Part shown: positions 34,745 to 46,973 of the stretch, one piece after another
How the letters are laid out: each line of letters begins with the position of its first letter
How positions within the stretch are numbered: position 1 is the first letter of the stretch
Position numbers and translations under genes: made by a program
Notes under the pieces: generated by a model
What the model was told of the DNA's origin: nothing
The model's input: only the letters and a program-made list of their open reading frames with translations
Database searches by the model: none
Origin: Macrostomum lignano
Lineage: Eukaryota
Length of the DNA stretch: 64,000 bases
Direction of reading: 5' to 3'
NCBI GenBank assembly: GCA_002269645.1
Contig: NIVC01001379.1
Coordinates: 124,001-188,000, forward strand

Positions 34745-35678
34745 GGGCCCGTGCTATAGAATACTCTTAACTCCTAAATCCTTAAGAGAGTCCTAACTCC
34801 TAGCTCCTAGCTGGCTTTTCTGTGCTATAGAATCAAGAGTAAATTTTAAGAGCTAGGAGGCTCCTTAAGGACGTTAGGAGACTCCTGGGTGAATTTAGGA
34901 GAACTCATTTTAAAGGTCCGTGGCATGCTATAGAATTAGGAGAGGAAGTCTAGGAGCTAGGAGTTGGCTTTTAGGAGTGATTCTAGGAGCGTGTGTCCTA
35001 TAGAATGAGAAAATTTCGCTCCTAACTCTTGACTCCTAAGCCAGAGTTCAAGGGCCAATTTTCACTCTTAGACAAGCTAGGATTATAATGTTTTCGGACA
35101 TCGAATCGGATTCTGATGAGGAAGGAGTCAATGATAGACGCCGTCGACAATTTAAGACAAGAATTACTTTTTTTGAAGAAGATCCAGCCGAGAGTGCTAT
35201 GCATTTTAGACTTAACGAGATCCAGCTTTCAAGCCTAACAGATAGAATTCGACACAGAATCGAACATCTTTGTACCAAACTTTTCACGGCATTCCAATAT
35301 CACGTCTTGCCACATAGCAATCTTCGCATTCTTAGTTATGGTTGTACTAAACGCACCAAAGAGAACCTCTTTGCATGCAGCGACGGCTCTCACAAAAGAT
35401 ATTTTTTAGAAATTTGCATTTTGACTCCTGAGATTCAATCCTTAAGGACCGTAAAGTTAGGATTGTGATATAGCACACAATTCTCTATCATCCTTAAACG
35501 ATGGCGCAACACTCCTTGAACACACCCCCACTCCTAGGCTGCACTCCTTGCGAGAACTCCTAGCTCCTAGCTCCTAACTCCTGAAATCTATAGCACACAA
35601 AATTCAATCACTCCTTGTCAAGAGTACTCTTGAGTCCTAGCTCCTAACTCCTAACTCCTGATTCTATAGCACGGGCCC
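34745..35678 (+). mobile_element. Non-autonomous PIF/Harbinger-type DNA transposon inserted in the 5' LTR
   Basis: Perfect TIR GGGCCCGTGCTATAGAAT and 3-bp TSD CAG (34742-34744; 35679-35681); absent from the 3' LTR. Internal ORF start MFSDIESDSDEE...RQFKTRITFFEED...HFRLNEIQLSSLTDRI resembles a Harbinger transposase N-terminus and has no catalytic core. Confidence 0.85.
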
Positions 35679-35925
35679 CAGTGCTTGCATAATAAGTGAT
35701 TTTAGTCCTGGTGTGCATTTCCGATGTACATCCAATATTCTTGGCTTTCTGTTTTTAATGTACGCAGTCTCAACTGCAGGGTCGCTGCTAAATATATAAA
35801 TCGATCGCACAGAGCCTACAGTGGATTGAGGCTTTATTCGGCTACACACAACACATAGCTTTCTCTCTCTCGGCTTCGCTCTCTACAGTGGCGTCGCAAG
35901 CCGCCTACCGCGTGGTAAACAAATC

Positions 35926-38900
35926 ATGGCAGCCAACTTTCTCTCACTGCCCCCACCTGAGCCATTTTCAGTATCAGCAGACCCACACAACGCGGGCAAG
36001 CGCTGGAGTCAATGGGCAGACCGCTTTGAAGACTTCATCGATGCATCAGGCATCACCAACGAGAAGCAAAAGTGCAAACTACTCAGCTACACAGCAGGCA
36101 AGGAAATCGCCGACATCATCCGCGAGGAGGCCAAGCCTGCAGCGGCCACAGAGGACGGCCAAGTCACCCTCAAGCAGACGCTGGAAGCTTTGAAGACATT
36201 CTTCAACGGAAGAAAGAACATAGTATTCGCCAGATATCAGTTCCGCCTATGCACCCAGGCCACCGGGGAGTCCATCGAGTCCTGGTACGCCAGACTGCGC
36301 ACTGCGGCAGAGCCGAGCGACTTCGAGAAGCTGAAGGACTCGCTCATCAGAGACCAGCTCGTGGCAACCTGCAGCTCTGACAAGCTGCGCAGGCGGCTGC
36401 TTCAGGAGGCGAACATCAGCCTGGAAGAGGCCTTGCGAAAGGCGAGGGCATTCGAGGCTGCTGAGGAACAAGCCACCGAGATGGAGAAGACAGACTCGCA
36501 CGTGGCCAGCGTTGCCAAGGGCGACAAGGTGAGAACAAACAGGTGTGGCCCGGCTCAGACGACCAGCAGGCCCGGCGACCAGCAGCAGCGCACCTGCTAC
36601 CGCTGCGGCGAGAAAGGCCACGCTACCTGCGACGCTGCCAAGGGCAAGATCTGCCACAACTGCGGCAAGCCCAACCACCTCGCTCTTGCCTGCCGTCAGC
36701 CTCGGCAGTCAAACAGCAGCCGGATCCCACAGCAGCAAATCAGCACCAATGCTGTATTCACAGCTGCCGACGGCTCCGTCAACGAGGATGTGTTCGCGCT
36801 GTACAACCGCGACAAATACCCATCCGACGTCTCACTGACTGTGCAGGTGGCAAACCGGCAGCTTCCCATGATGATTGACAGCGGAGCCAGCTGCAGCATC
36901 ATGAGTCTCGGCACCTTCAGAGCGCTCAGCCTGCCAAGCCCACGCCCAACAAGAGCCGAAGTTCGCGCCTACGGGGTACCGACACCTCTCAGGATTGTGG
37001 GTACCGCCGATCTTGACATCCAAGTGGGATCTGCCAGAACAACCGCGACCTTCCACATCATGGACGGCGACGGGCTGACGATACTAGGGCGTCAGCCCGC
37101 ATTCAAGCTAGGAGTGCTGAAGATCCAGCGACCTGAAGCTACCAAGCCGCAAAACATAAACGCCATCGCCGACACCACACCCTCCGAGCAGTGTAGCGAC
37201 CCCCAGCTCAAGGCCATCCTGCAGAGGCACAAAGAAGTCTTCAACGGACGAGCTCAAGGCTTTGGAAGAGCAAGGCATCATTGAGGCAGTCAAAGGTCCT
37301 AGCGCCTGGGTGTCACGCATGGTGGTGGTGCCCAAGGGCGACGGTGGCGTTCGAATCTGCCAGGACCTCCGTGATCTCAACGCTTTCGTCATCCCAGAGA
37401 AGCAGCAAATCCCCACGCTGGACGAAATCACCGAGGAAATAGCAGACGCCAAGCTGTTCAGCGAACTCGATATCCGGAAGGCTTTTTATCAGATCCCAGT
37501 CCACGAGAGCAGCCGTCACCTCTTCACCTTCAGCACGCCCCTCGGACTGATGCGGCTCAAGAGGTTCAGCATGGGGTTCACAAATGCCTCGGAAATCCTT
37601 CAACGAGTCATGCTTGGCATCCTCAGCGGCATCGACGGCGTCCGGTGGGCGCACGACGACGTGGTGGTATACGCCTCCGACCTGAAGCAGCACCATGAGA
37701 GGCTGGACGCCTGCCTTCAGCGCCTCCGAGAGTTCGGGATCACCATCAATCAGGACAAGTGCAGGTTCGCCCGACCGACTGTCGAGTTTCTCGGGATGCG
37801 CCTGACCGCCCGGGGCATGCAACCGGCCACCGAGAAAATTGACGCCATGCAGAACTTCCGAGAGCCCTCCAACGTGGCCGACGCCCGCTCTTTCCTGGCA
37901 AAGTCATCCCAAACTTCGCTGACCTCGCGGCCCCACTCCGGCAGCTAACGAAGAAGGGCCAGGCCTGGGAGTGGACAGAAAAACACAAAGCGGCGTTCAA
38001 CGGCATCAAGAAGGCATTCTCAGACGCGGACACGCTGGCCTTTTTCGACCGCAGGCTGCACACGGAGCTCCTGGTGGACGCATCGCCGATCGGCCTCGGC
38101 GCCATCCTCACGCAGCGGCAGCCAGACGGCAACAGCAGACCCGTCGCCTACGCCAGCAGAGCCCTCTCGCCGGTGGAGCAGCGGTACGCGCAGATCGAGC
38201 GGGAGGCGTTGGCCATCAAATTTGGGTGTCTCAAGTTTGAGCACTATCTGGCTGGCGACCCAGACTTCACCGTGGTGACGGACCACCGACCGCTCGTGCC
38301 GCTTTTCAAGCCTGGCTCCCGTCCGCCACCGCGGATTGAGCGTATGGCACTGCGCATTCAGCATCTCCGCTTCAACCTGCTCTACCGGCCAGGCTCGACC
38401 AACCTGGCTGACCTGCTGAGTCGGCAGCCACTGCCAGAGCGGCGTCGGAATGTCGGTGAAGAGCTCGACGCCGCCTTCATCAACGCCGCGTCGACCGGGG
38501 CCGTGCCGAAGGGCTTCAGTCTCGACCAGGTTCGGGAAGCATCGCTCACCGACAGGGACGTCCAGGCGGCGCTGAACGCGATTCGAACCGGCCGCTGGGA
38601 CATGCGAGCGGCGGCCCAGCGCTCCTTCAAGTCCATCAGCAGCGAACTGTCGGAAAGCGACGGAGTATTACTCCGCGGTGACCTCATCGTCATCCCCGAG
38701 TCGCTGCGCAGGCCGATCCTTCAACTGGCGCACACCGGTCATCTGAGCGCCGACCGCACCCTTAAACGCCTGCAGACGAAGGTGTGGTGGCCTCGGATGC
38801 GCAGCGACTGCGAGCTCTTCGTCCAGTGCTGCACACTGTGCCAGGCTGCGGCCACCGGATTGCGACAGACACCATTGAGGCCGACAGATATTCCGGACGG

Positions 38901-41389
38901 TGCCTGGCTGCTGCTAGGTATGGATTTCTACGGCCCAGTGCAGGGCCAGATGCTCCTGGTCACCACCGACTTGTATTCAAAATACCCAGAAGTCAATTTT
39001 CTCAACTCGACGACGGCGGAGAGCGTGATCCCCCACCTGCGGAGGCTGTTCGGCAGATACGGCGTCCCGATTGAGGTGGTCACCGACAACGGCCCGCCAT
39101 TCAGCTCGGCAGCTTTCCGCAGCTAATTCCTCGCTTCGTACGGCATTCAACACCGCCTCATCTGCCCGCTGCACCCAGAATCCAACGGAGCGACGGAGCG
39201 AGTCAACCGCAGCATCGGGAAAGTGATTCAGACGGCAGTGGCCGAAGGTCGTAACTGGCGGGAGGCTATCGAGGACTGGCTGTTGGCGTTCCGCACGACA
39301 CCACATCGAGCGACCGGCCGCGCACCCGCTGAGCTACTCATGGGCAGGACGATGAACGACGGCATCCCGACCATCAAACCATCACAGCTCATCGACGTTA
39401 ACCATGAAGAGGTGCAGAGCTGGCACAGAAACTATGTCCAAGACATGAAGGCGCGCTTCGATGATCGCAAGGGTGTCAAAGAGCACGGCGTCAGAGTCGG
39501 CAACAAAGTTCTGCGAAAGAAGCAACCACGTAACAAACTGCAGCTGCCGTTGGAGCCACATCCTTGGACAGTCAAGCAGGTCCAGGGAGACACGTGTGTC
39601 CTGCAACGCGGCGAACAGTCCTGCATGCGCCACGTCTCGCAGCTGCGGCCCCTGGTCGGAGACCCTGCCGGCCAACCTGCCGGAGAGCCTGCCGGCCAGC
39701 CTGCCGGCCAGCCTGCCGGCCAGCCTGCCGGCCAACCTGCCGGAGAGCCTGCCGGAGAGCCTGCCGGCCAACCTGCAGGAGAGCCTGCCGGCCAGCCTGC
39801 CGGAGAGCCTGCCGGCCAACCTGCCGGCCAGCCTGCCGGAGAGCCTGCCGGCCAGCCTGCCGGCCAACCTGCAGGAGAGCCTGCCGGCCAGCCTGCCGGA
39901 GAGCCTGCCGGCCAGCCAGGTCCAGGTCCAGGGAGACACGTGTGTCCTGCAACGCGGCGAACAGTCCTGCATGCGCCACGTCTCGCAGCTGCGGCCCCTG
40001 GTCGGAGACCCTGCCGGCCAACCTGCCGGAGAGCCTGCCGGCCAGCCTGCCGGCCAACCTGCCGGAGAGCCTGCCGGAGAGCCTGCCGGCCAACCTGCAG
40101 GAGAGCCTGCCGGCCAGCCTGCCGGAGAGCCTGCCGGCCAACCTGCCGGCCAGCCTGCCGGAGAGCCTGCCGGCCAGCCTGCCGGCCAACCTGCAGGAGA
40201 GCCTGCCGGCCAGCCTGCCGGAGAGCCTGCCGGCCAGCCTGCCGGCCAACCTGCCGGCCAGCCTGCCGGCCAACCTGCCGGAGAGCCTGCCGGCCAACCT
40301 GCAGGAGAGCCTGCCGGCCAGCCTGCCGGAGAGCCTGCCGGCCAGCCTGCCGGCCAGCCTGCCGGCCAGCCTGCCGGCCAACCTGCCGGAGAGCCTGCCG
40401 GCCAACCTGCAGGAGAGCCTGCCGGCCAGCCTGCCGGCCAACCTGCCGGAGAGCCTGCCGGCCAACCTGCAGGAGAGCCTGCCGGCCAACCTGCCGGCCA
40501 GCCTGCCGGCCAACCTGCAGGAGAGCCTGCCGGCCAGCCTGCCGGCCAACCTGCCGGAGAGCCTGCCGGCCAACCTGCAGGAGAGCCTGCCGGCCAGCCT
40601 GCCGGCCAACCTGCCGGAGAGCCTGCCGGCCAGCCTGCAGGAGAGCCTGCCGGCCAGCCTGCCGGCCAACCTGCCGGAGAGCCTGCCGGCCAGCCTGCCG
40701 GAGAGCCTGCCGGCCAACCTGCCGGCCAACATGCCGGAGAGCCTGCCGGCCAACCTGCAGGAGAGCCTGCCGGCCAGCCTGCCGGCCAACCTGCCGGAGA
40801 GCCTGCCGGCCAACCTGCAGGAGAGCCTGCCGGCCAACCTGCCGGCCAGCCTGCCGGCCAACCTGCAGGAGAGCCTGCCGGCCAGCCTGCCGGCCAGCCT
40901 GCCGGAGAGCCTGCCGGCCAACCTGCAGGAGAGCCTGCCGGCCAGCCTGCCGGCCAACCTGCCGGAGAGCCTGCCGGCCAACCTGCAGGAGAGCCTGCCG
41001 GCCAAACTGCCGGCCAGCCTGCCGGCCAACCTGCAGGAGAGCCTGCCGGCCAGCCTGCCGGCCAACCTGCAGGAGAGCCTGCCGGCCAGCCTGCCGGCCA
41101 ACCTGCCGGAGAGCCTGCCGGCCAGCCTGCCGGAGAGCCTGCCGGCCAGCCTGCCGGCCAGCCTGCCGGCCAACCTGCCGGAGAGCCTGCCGGCCAACCT
41201 GCCGGAGAGCCTGCCGGCCAACCTGCAGGAGAGCCTGCCGGCCAACCTGCCGGAGAGCCTGCCGGCCAACCTGCAGGAGAGCCTGCCGGCCAACCTACCG
41301 GTCAGCCCGCCGGTCTATCCAGCGGTAGCATCGCCACGCGAGAACACCAAAGAGCTGCCCGTAACAGAGTGCTCAGCTACAAATTGTGA
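35926..41389 (+). pseudogene. Disrupted gag-pol polyprotein of the Gypsy element
   Basis: Zinc knuckles CYRCGEKGH and CHNCGKPNHLALAC; protease MIDSGAS; RT (RICQDLRDLN, WAHDDVVV); RNase H (VDASPIGLGAIL, YAQIEREALA); integrase HHCC and DFYGP/TDNGPPF/ERVNR. Lesions: deletion and frameshift near 37248 and 37898, in-frame TAA at 39124, and a tail duplication near 39920. Confidence 0.92.
39664..41308 (+). repeat. 12-bp coding minisatellite encoding (PAG[Q/E])n in the integrase C-terminal tail
   Basis: Roughly 130 units of CCTGCCGGCCA(A/G), CCTGCCGGAGAG or CCTGCAGGAGAG, split by a duplicated 90-bp unique segment. Confidence 0.95.
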
Positions 41390-41749
41390 TTGCTTTGGGG
41401 TTTGGGCTGGTAGTAACTGAGTAATTGAGCTCGTTTTTTTATCCCCTGCGATCTCTCTGGTTGGGGAGAATTGTAGGCACCTGCTGCCCAGTGCTTGCAT
41501 AATAAGTGATTTTAGTCCTGGTGTGCATTTCCGATGTACATCCAATATTCTTGGCTTTCTGTTTTTAATGTACGCAGTCTCAACTGCAGGGTCGCTGCTA
41601 AATATATAAATCGATCGCACAGAGCCTACAGTGGATTGAGGCTTTATTTGGCTACACACAACACATAGCTTTCTCTCTCTCGGCTTCGCTCTCTACAGTT
41701 TTGTCACTCATTTTTTTAATATCTTCGGAAACCATACATGTAGATCGAG

Positions 41750-42140
41750 TAACTTGGGAACTCATTGAATAACTTTGGAAATTATTGATCGTAACTTGCG
41801 GAATCATTGAGTAACTTTGTGAATCATTGAGTAACTTTGGGAATCATTGAGTAACTTTAAGAATCATTGAGTAAGTTTGGGAATCATTGAGTAACTTTAA
41901 GACTCACTGAGTAACTTTGGGAATCCTTGTGTAACTTTGGGAATAAAATTGAGTAACTTTAAGAATTATTGAGTAACTTTGGGAATAATTGAGTAACTTT
42001 GGGAATCATTGAGTAACTTTGGAAATCATTGAGTAACTTTGAGAAAAATTGTGTAACTTGCGGAATCATTGAGTAACTTTAAGAATCATTGAGTAACTTT
42101 GGGAAAAATTGTGTAACTTGCGGAATCATTGAGTAACTAA
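41750..42140. repeat. Right arm of the inverted 20-bp repeat array (GAATCATTGAGTAACTTTGG)n
   Basis: About 18 units, inverted relative to 34590-34685. Confidence 0.85.
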
Positions 42141-43029
42141 GGAAATCATAGGAGAATTGAACAAACAAAAAAAATACCACCTGCAGGAAATTTCCGAGTT
42201 CGAATCTGCGTCACTCGGCAAGGATAATTCCGTGAGCTAATTAGCTGATCAAAGGCAGTTGCCAGCAGGCGATGAGCAAGTCAATTATTTAAGACAGCGA
42301 CGACTCAATAAAAAATTCTTCTGAACAACCGAAAAATGCGAATATTGCAGGCATCTCCTGGGAGCAGATTAATCTGGAGGCGTGTGCCGAACAGATAACA
42401 GGGCCAACCCTAATTAGCAATTTATTGGATTGACAGTGGCGGCTCGCTCACGGCAGCTCAAAATTATGACAAAAATTTTAATGAAATTTTAATGACTGAC
42501 AAGTCGCCACGGGATCGCTGGGCGTTGCGTGTCGCTTCATTTTCCTTTGGGCCTGATCGCCATTTTAATCTGGTCGATCTGCTGACGCAAAGCGAGCAGC
42601 AGGTCGTCGCGGGGGTGCCGGTCTCGCCCCATGGCTGTAGGTTGCAGATATCCGGAATTGTCGCCGTGGGACCTCCGCGCTCAGGCAACCCACCGCCCCT
42701 GGGGCCCGGCGCCAGGGACCTCGTGAAAGCTTGAAATTTGGAAACGAAACTCGAGCAGGGATTGACGGGGGTTTTTTGGCATGCAAAAATGATTAAATAC
42801 CCGAAAAATGGTAACTTATTACCTCAGCAATGGTTACAAGTAGCCCCTCCCTGACCCACGCTGTCCCGCTGTAGCATATAAATCAAGCACTGTCATCGGT
42901 GACTCATTTGAGCGTGAATGAATTTAAAAAAGAATGGAAATGCCACACAATTGCAGTCACTTCATCAGGGGCGTCGCCAGGATCATTGAAGGAGCCTTTT
43001 TTCACAGGCGTTTTTTAACTTGGCAATTT

Positions 43030-44060
43030 TTTTATCGCACTGGGCGCCACCTTTTATTTGACTGGGCGCCACTTTTTTATTTGACTGGGCGCCACACTTT
43101 TATTTGACTGGGCGCCACACTTTTAGTTGACTGGGCGCCATTAGAGCTGACTGGGCGCCATTAGAGCTGACTGGGCGCCATTAGAGCTGCCTGGCCGCCA
43201 TTAGAGCTGACTGGGCGCCATTAGAGCTGCCTGGCCGCCATTAGAGCTGACTGGGCGCCATTAGAGCTGCCTGGGCGCCATTAGAGTTGACTGGGCGCCA
43301 GTATAGCTGCCTGGGCGCCAGTATAGCTGACTGGGCGCCATTAGAGCTGCCTGGGCGCCATTAGAGCTGCCTGGGCGCCAGTATAGCTGCCTGGGCGCCA
43401 GTATAGCTGCCTGGGCGCCAGTATAGCTGACTGGGCGCCAGTATAGCTGACTGGGCGCCAGTATAGCTTCCTGGGCGCCAGTATAGCTGACTGGGCGCGT
43501 TAGAGCTGACTAGGCGCCATTAGAGCTGCCTGGCCGCCATTAGAGCTGCCTGGCCGCCATTAGAGCTGCCTGGCCGCCATTAGAGCTGCCTGGGCGCCAT
43601 TAGAGCTGCCTGGGCGCCAGTATAGCTGCCTGGGCGCCAGTATAGCTGCCTGGGCGCCAGTATAGCTGACTGGGCGCCAGTATAGCTGCCTGGGCGCCAG
43701 TATAGCTTCCTGGGCGCCAGTATAGCTGACTGGGCGCATTAGAGCTGACTAGGCGCCATTAGAGCTGCCTGGCCGCCATTAGAGCTGCCTGGCCGCCATT
43801 AGAGCTGACTGGGCGCCATTAGAGCTGCCTGGGCGCCATTAGAGCTGACTGGGCGCCATTAGAGCTGCCTGGGCGCCAGTATAGCTGCCTGGGCGCCAGT
43901 ATAGCTGACTGGGCGCCATTAGAGCTGCCTGGGCGCATTAGAGCTGCCTGGGCGCCATTAGAGCTGCCTGGGCGCCAGTATAGCTGCCTGGGCGCCAGTA
44001 TAGCTGACTGGGCGCCATTAGAGCTGCCTGGGCGCATTAGAGCTGCCTGGGCGCCATTGT
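43030..44060. repeat. 20-bp minisatellite (GACTGGGCGCCATTAGAGCT)n
   Basis: Tandem units visible directly. Confidence 0.95.
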
Positions 44061-44559
44061 TTAGCTTCGTCTCGAGGCGCGAGGTGACCGCGTGGAGTGC
44101 GAGAGGGCCTGTAAGAGGCTCCCCAAGTGTATTCCTCAATACAGCTGTTCCTATCGAGTTAGCAACAATAGCTATGTTTCGCATCATCACTGACGGTAGT
44201 GTTGAGTCTGATCATTTCTTGCTTTTTCTATGCTCGGTTTCTGCAAACTGCGGTATTTTGAATTAAATTAACAAGTCTCACCTGCATATAAGTGAGGGCA
44301 AGCAAGGGGGCATTGCCATTGACTCTGTGGAAGGGTGCTGTTTAGCAACTAAAACCATGGTTTTTTAAGTAAAATTTTTCACGTATTTATATGCTCTACG
44401 AGATTTTGGATAACCAGTTTAGCCACTAAATAATGAGAATACGATGCACAGGTAACATTGAGGAAAGTAGGAAAAATAAGACTTTCTGCTGATCATTGTT
44501 ACATTTGGAGGTTAAACCAGGTGGAAGGGACAACCAGTTTAATGGAGGGAGGCAATTAC

Positions 44560-44820
44560 CAGATAGGGGGGCAAACCACTTGGGGATAAACCAGTTGGGG
44601 GGACACTAGTTGGGGGGGAATCTGTTGGGGGGAATCAGTTGGGGGACAGGTGGAGGGCAAACAAGGTGCAGGTGGGGACAAAGCAGGTGGGGGACAAAGC
44701 AGGTGGGGACAAAGCAGGTGGGTGACAAAGCAGGTGGGTGACAAAGCAGGTGGGGACAAAGCAGGTGGGGACAAAGCAGGTGGGGGACAAAGCAGGTGGG
44801 GACAAAGCAGGTGGAGACAA
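44560..44820. repeat. 15-bp G-rich minisatellite (GTGGGGACAAAGCAG)n
   Basis: Tandem units visible directly. Confidence 0.9.
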
Positions 44821-44980
44821 AACTTCGCAGCGAGGCCAGGTGGCCAATAGCAGCGAACGGTTTGGCGGCTTTCTACAAAAGAGCAGAAAAGCCAGCCCGA
44901 ACTGGTGGAAGCCAATCAAATTCGCCGTCCAGATGCGCAGCCTCAGGGGTCCGTGGCTCGGGCACGGGCGGAGCGGTCTG

Positions 44981-44987
44981 TATAAAT
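44981..44987 (+). promoter_or_regulatory. Putative TATA box of the neuropeptide gene
   Basis: TATAAAT in a GC-rich context about 110 nt upstream of the ATG; AATAAA near 45928 lies downstream of the stop. Confidence 0.5.
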
Positions 44988-45094
44988 GCACCCAACGCTG
45001 GCAGGCAGTTCGGTCGCGTCCCAGCTATCGAAGTCTCCCGCACAGCTCCGATCAGCAATCAAATCCAGTCAAATCAACTCAGAGCTCAACAACA

Positions 45095-45824
45095 ATGCGC
45101 GTCGGAGTCATCGGTCTCGTCCTCTGCGCCGTGCTGGTGCTGATGCAGTGCGCCTTCGCCCAGCAGTTCCACTTTAGCCACGGTAACTGCAGTTCATATA
45201 ATGGCCGTTTGTTACATTAAACTTGCTACAAACTTGCTATCTACAATGAATTGCTACCATTTCAGGAGTTAACGGTAAAACTTCTCAGTAAATTACCTCT
45301 ACATTACTTGTACCAATGTACATACCGGTATACCGATTATTATTTGCTTTGGCAACAAATCACTCGCTTGTATAGTTTGGTTAAGCATGGCAATATTCGC
45401 CTCTGTGCTTTATAACTAACAATCACTAATTCGATTGAGTACATAGCCTACTCAAGTTAGGTGCGACAACTACTTGTACTTAAACGTAACGTCGCAGGTT
45501 GGAAGCCCGGCAAGCGCGGCCTGGCCGAGGAGGGCCACGCTGGCCATCAGATCTTCCGGCTGAAGAAAGGCTACCACTTCTTCCGCCTGAAGAAGGACCA
45601 GGAGTGCGCCATCGGCGAGGAGGCCCGGGCGCTGCTGGCCGATATTGTGGTCAGTTTTTTGCTTCCGTTTAAAAACGCGCATCAATACCAGCAAACCACT
45701 CTACTATAAGTAGAAAAATACGAATATTTGTATTTTTTCTCCGTTTGTACAGAAATCTACCCAGAGCGGCTCGCTGTGCCCGGCAGACAGGCAGGTGATT
45801 GCCGCGTTCGTGCAGAACCTCTGA
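45095..45824 (+). CDS. Corazonin/invertebrate-GnRH-type neuropeptide precursor (103 aa); exons 45095-45182, 45498-45649, 45753-45824
   Basis: Signal peptide MRVGVIGLVLCAVLVLMQCAFA followed directly by QQFHFSHGWKP-GKR, predicted pQQFHFSHGWKP-amide (compare mollusc/annelid QNYHFSNGW.. and QAYHFSHGWFP). Then GHQIFRL-KK and GYHFFRL-KK, then a tail with two Cys. GT-AG introns in phases 1 and 0. Confidence 0.9.
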
Positions 45825-46599
45825 GAACGGCATCGGGACAGCTGATGGCAGCCGGATGACTTGTCAGCATCGGCAACAGCAAAACAACTGCACACTTTTT
45901 ATTGTCTTAACTGTGACTGATATATGGAATAAACAAATATACGAGGCATGCTTGTGAAGATGGAATGATTGAATATTCGCCATCGTTACAGCAATTTGAC
46001 CTCATCTAACAGTGTTGCATGAAACAATTGTAACTGCTTTTTAATTATTCTGGAGTTGAGAAAGTGGAATAACACTGATGGGGAAGAGAGGAGACTGGGG
46101 AGGCAGAGTGCCACTGATGGAGAGAGAGGAGACTGGGGAGGTGGAGTGCCACTGATGGAGAAGAGAGGAGACTGGGGAGGTAGAGTGACACTGATGGGGA
46201 GAGAGGAGACTGGGGAGGCAGAGTGGCACAGGTGGGGAAGAGAAGAGATCAGGGATACTGATGTGGAGGATACGTGTAATGTAAAAAAACTAAGAAAGCA
46301 ATGAGACACGGTAAGACTGCAACAGATATTACAGACGATAAACTTTATGTTAAATTTTTACCATTTGAAATGAGGACTTGCACGCGGCACAAAGGCGTGC
46401 ATCAGCAAAGTATGATTATTATTATTATTATTAACAATATTTTCATAAAATAAAAATGCAACACTTGCATTGCACTGCGCATACAGAGGCATTGTGAACC
46501 AATTTGCGCAGAAATTTTATAAGCAAAAATATCAACAGGGTTTACAGTCTTATGGGCCAATTTATGTCGATGTGCAAAACCCGCCTAACAGGTGGGATA

Positions 46600-46830
46600 A
46601 TAATCCTAAATGAGATCGCACTAGCGTAACGGGTAGGATAATAATCCTCAATGGATAGCCCATATTCTAACAGGTAGGATAATAATCCTCAATGGGATCA
46701 CACTTAATCTAACAGGCGGGATAATAATCCTCAATGGGATCACACTTAATCTAACAGGTAGGATAATAATCCTCAATGGGATCACACTTAATCTAACAGG
46801 CGGGATAATAATCCTCAATGGGATCATATA
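46600..46830. repeat. 42-bp minisatellite (CTAACAGGTAGGATAATAATCCTCAATGGGATCACACTTAAT)n
   Basis: About 5 units. Confidence 0.9.
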
Positions 46831-46973
46831 GTTCTATACAAAGCGGGAAATGATTAAAAGCATAGTGATTGAATATCGGAGCTGCAGTGAAAGGTCCAAC
46901 TGTGCAATGAAGCTGGGTGCATTAGTAGGGGTTGGGATCAAGACAGTGCGATCAGCTGACAGGCAACGCTGTC

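Larger units (their letters stand above)
34725..41697 (+). mobile_element. Full-length but defective Ty3/Gypsy LTR retrotransposon with 226-bp LTRs and 5-bp TSD GTTTT
   Basis: TG...CA LTRs (34725-35887, interrupted; 41472-41697) differ by one C/T. GTTTT occurs at 34720-34724 and 41698-41702. PBS-like TGGCGTCGC at 35889 and PPT GGGGAGAA before the 3' LTR. Domain order is gag-PR-RT-RH-IN. Confidence 0.96.

Noticed and set aside
39382-41420. Long ORFs on both strands (573-701 aa)
   Set aside because: Alternative frames of the 12-bp array; only the PAG[Q/E] frame connects to integrase.
42967-44060. CAGGGGCG-starting element ends (also at about 21662 and about 58817) suggesting hAT-like MITEs
   Set aside because: No matching right TIR or TSD found.
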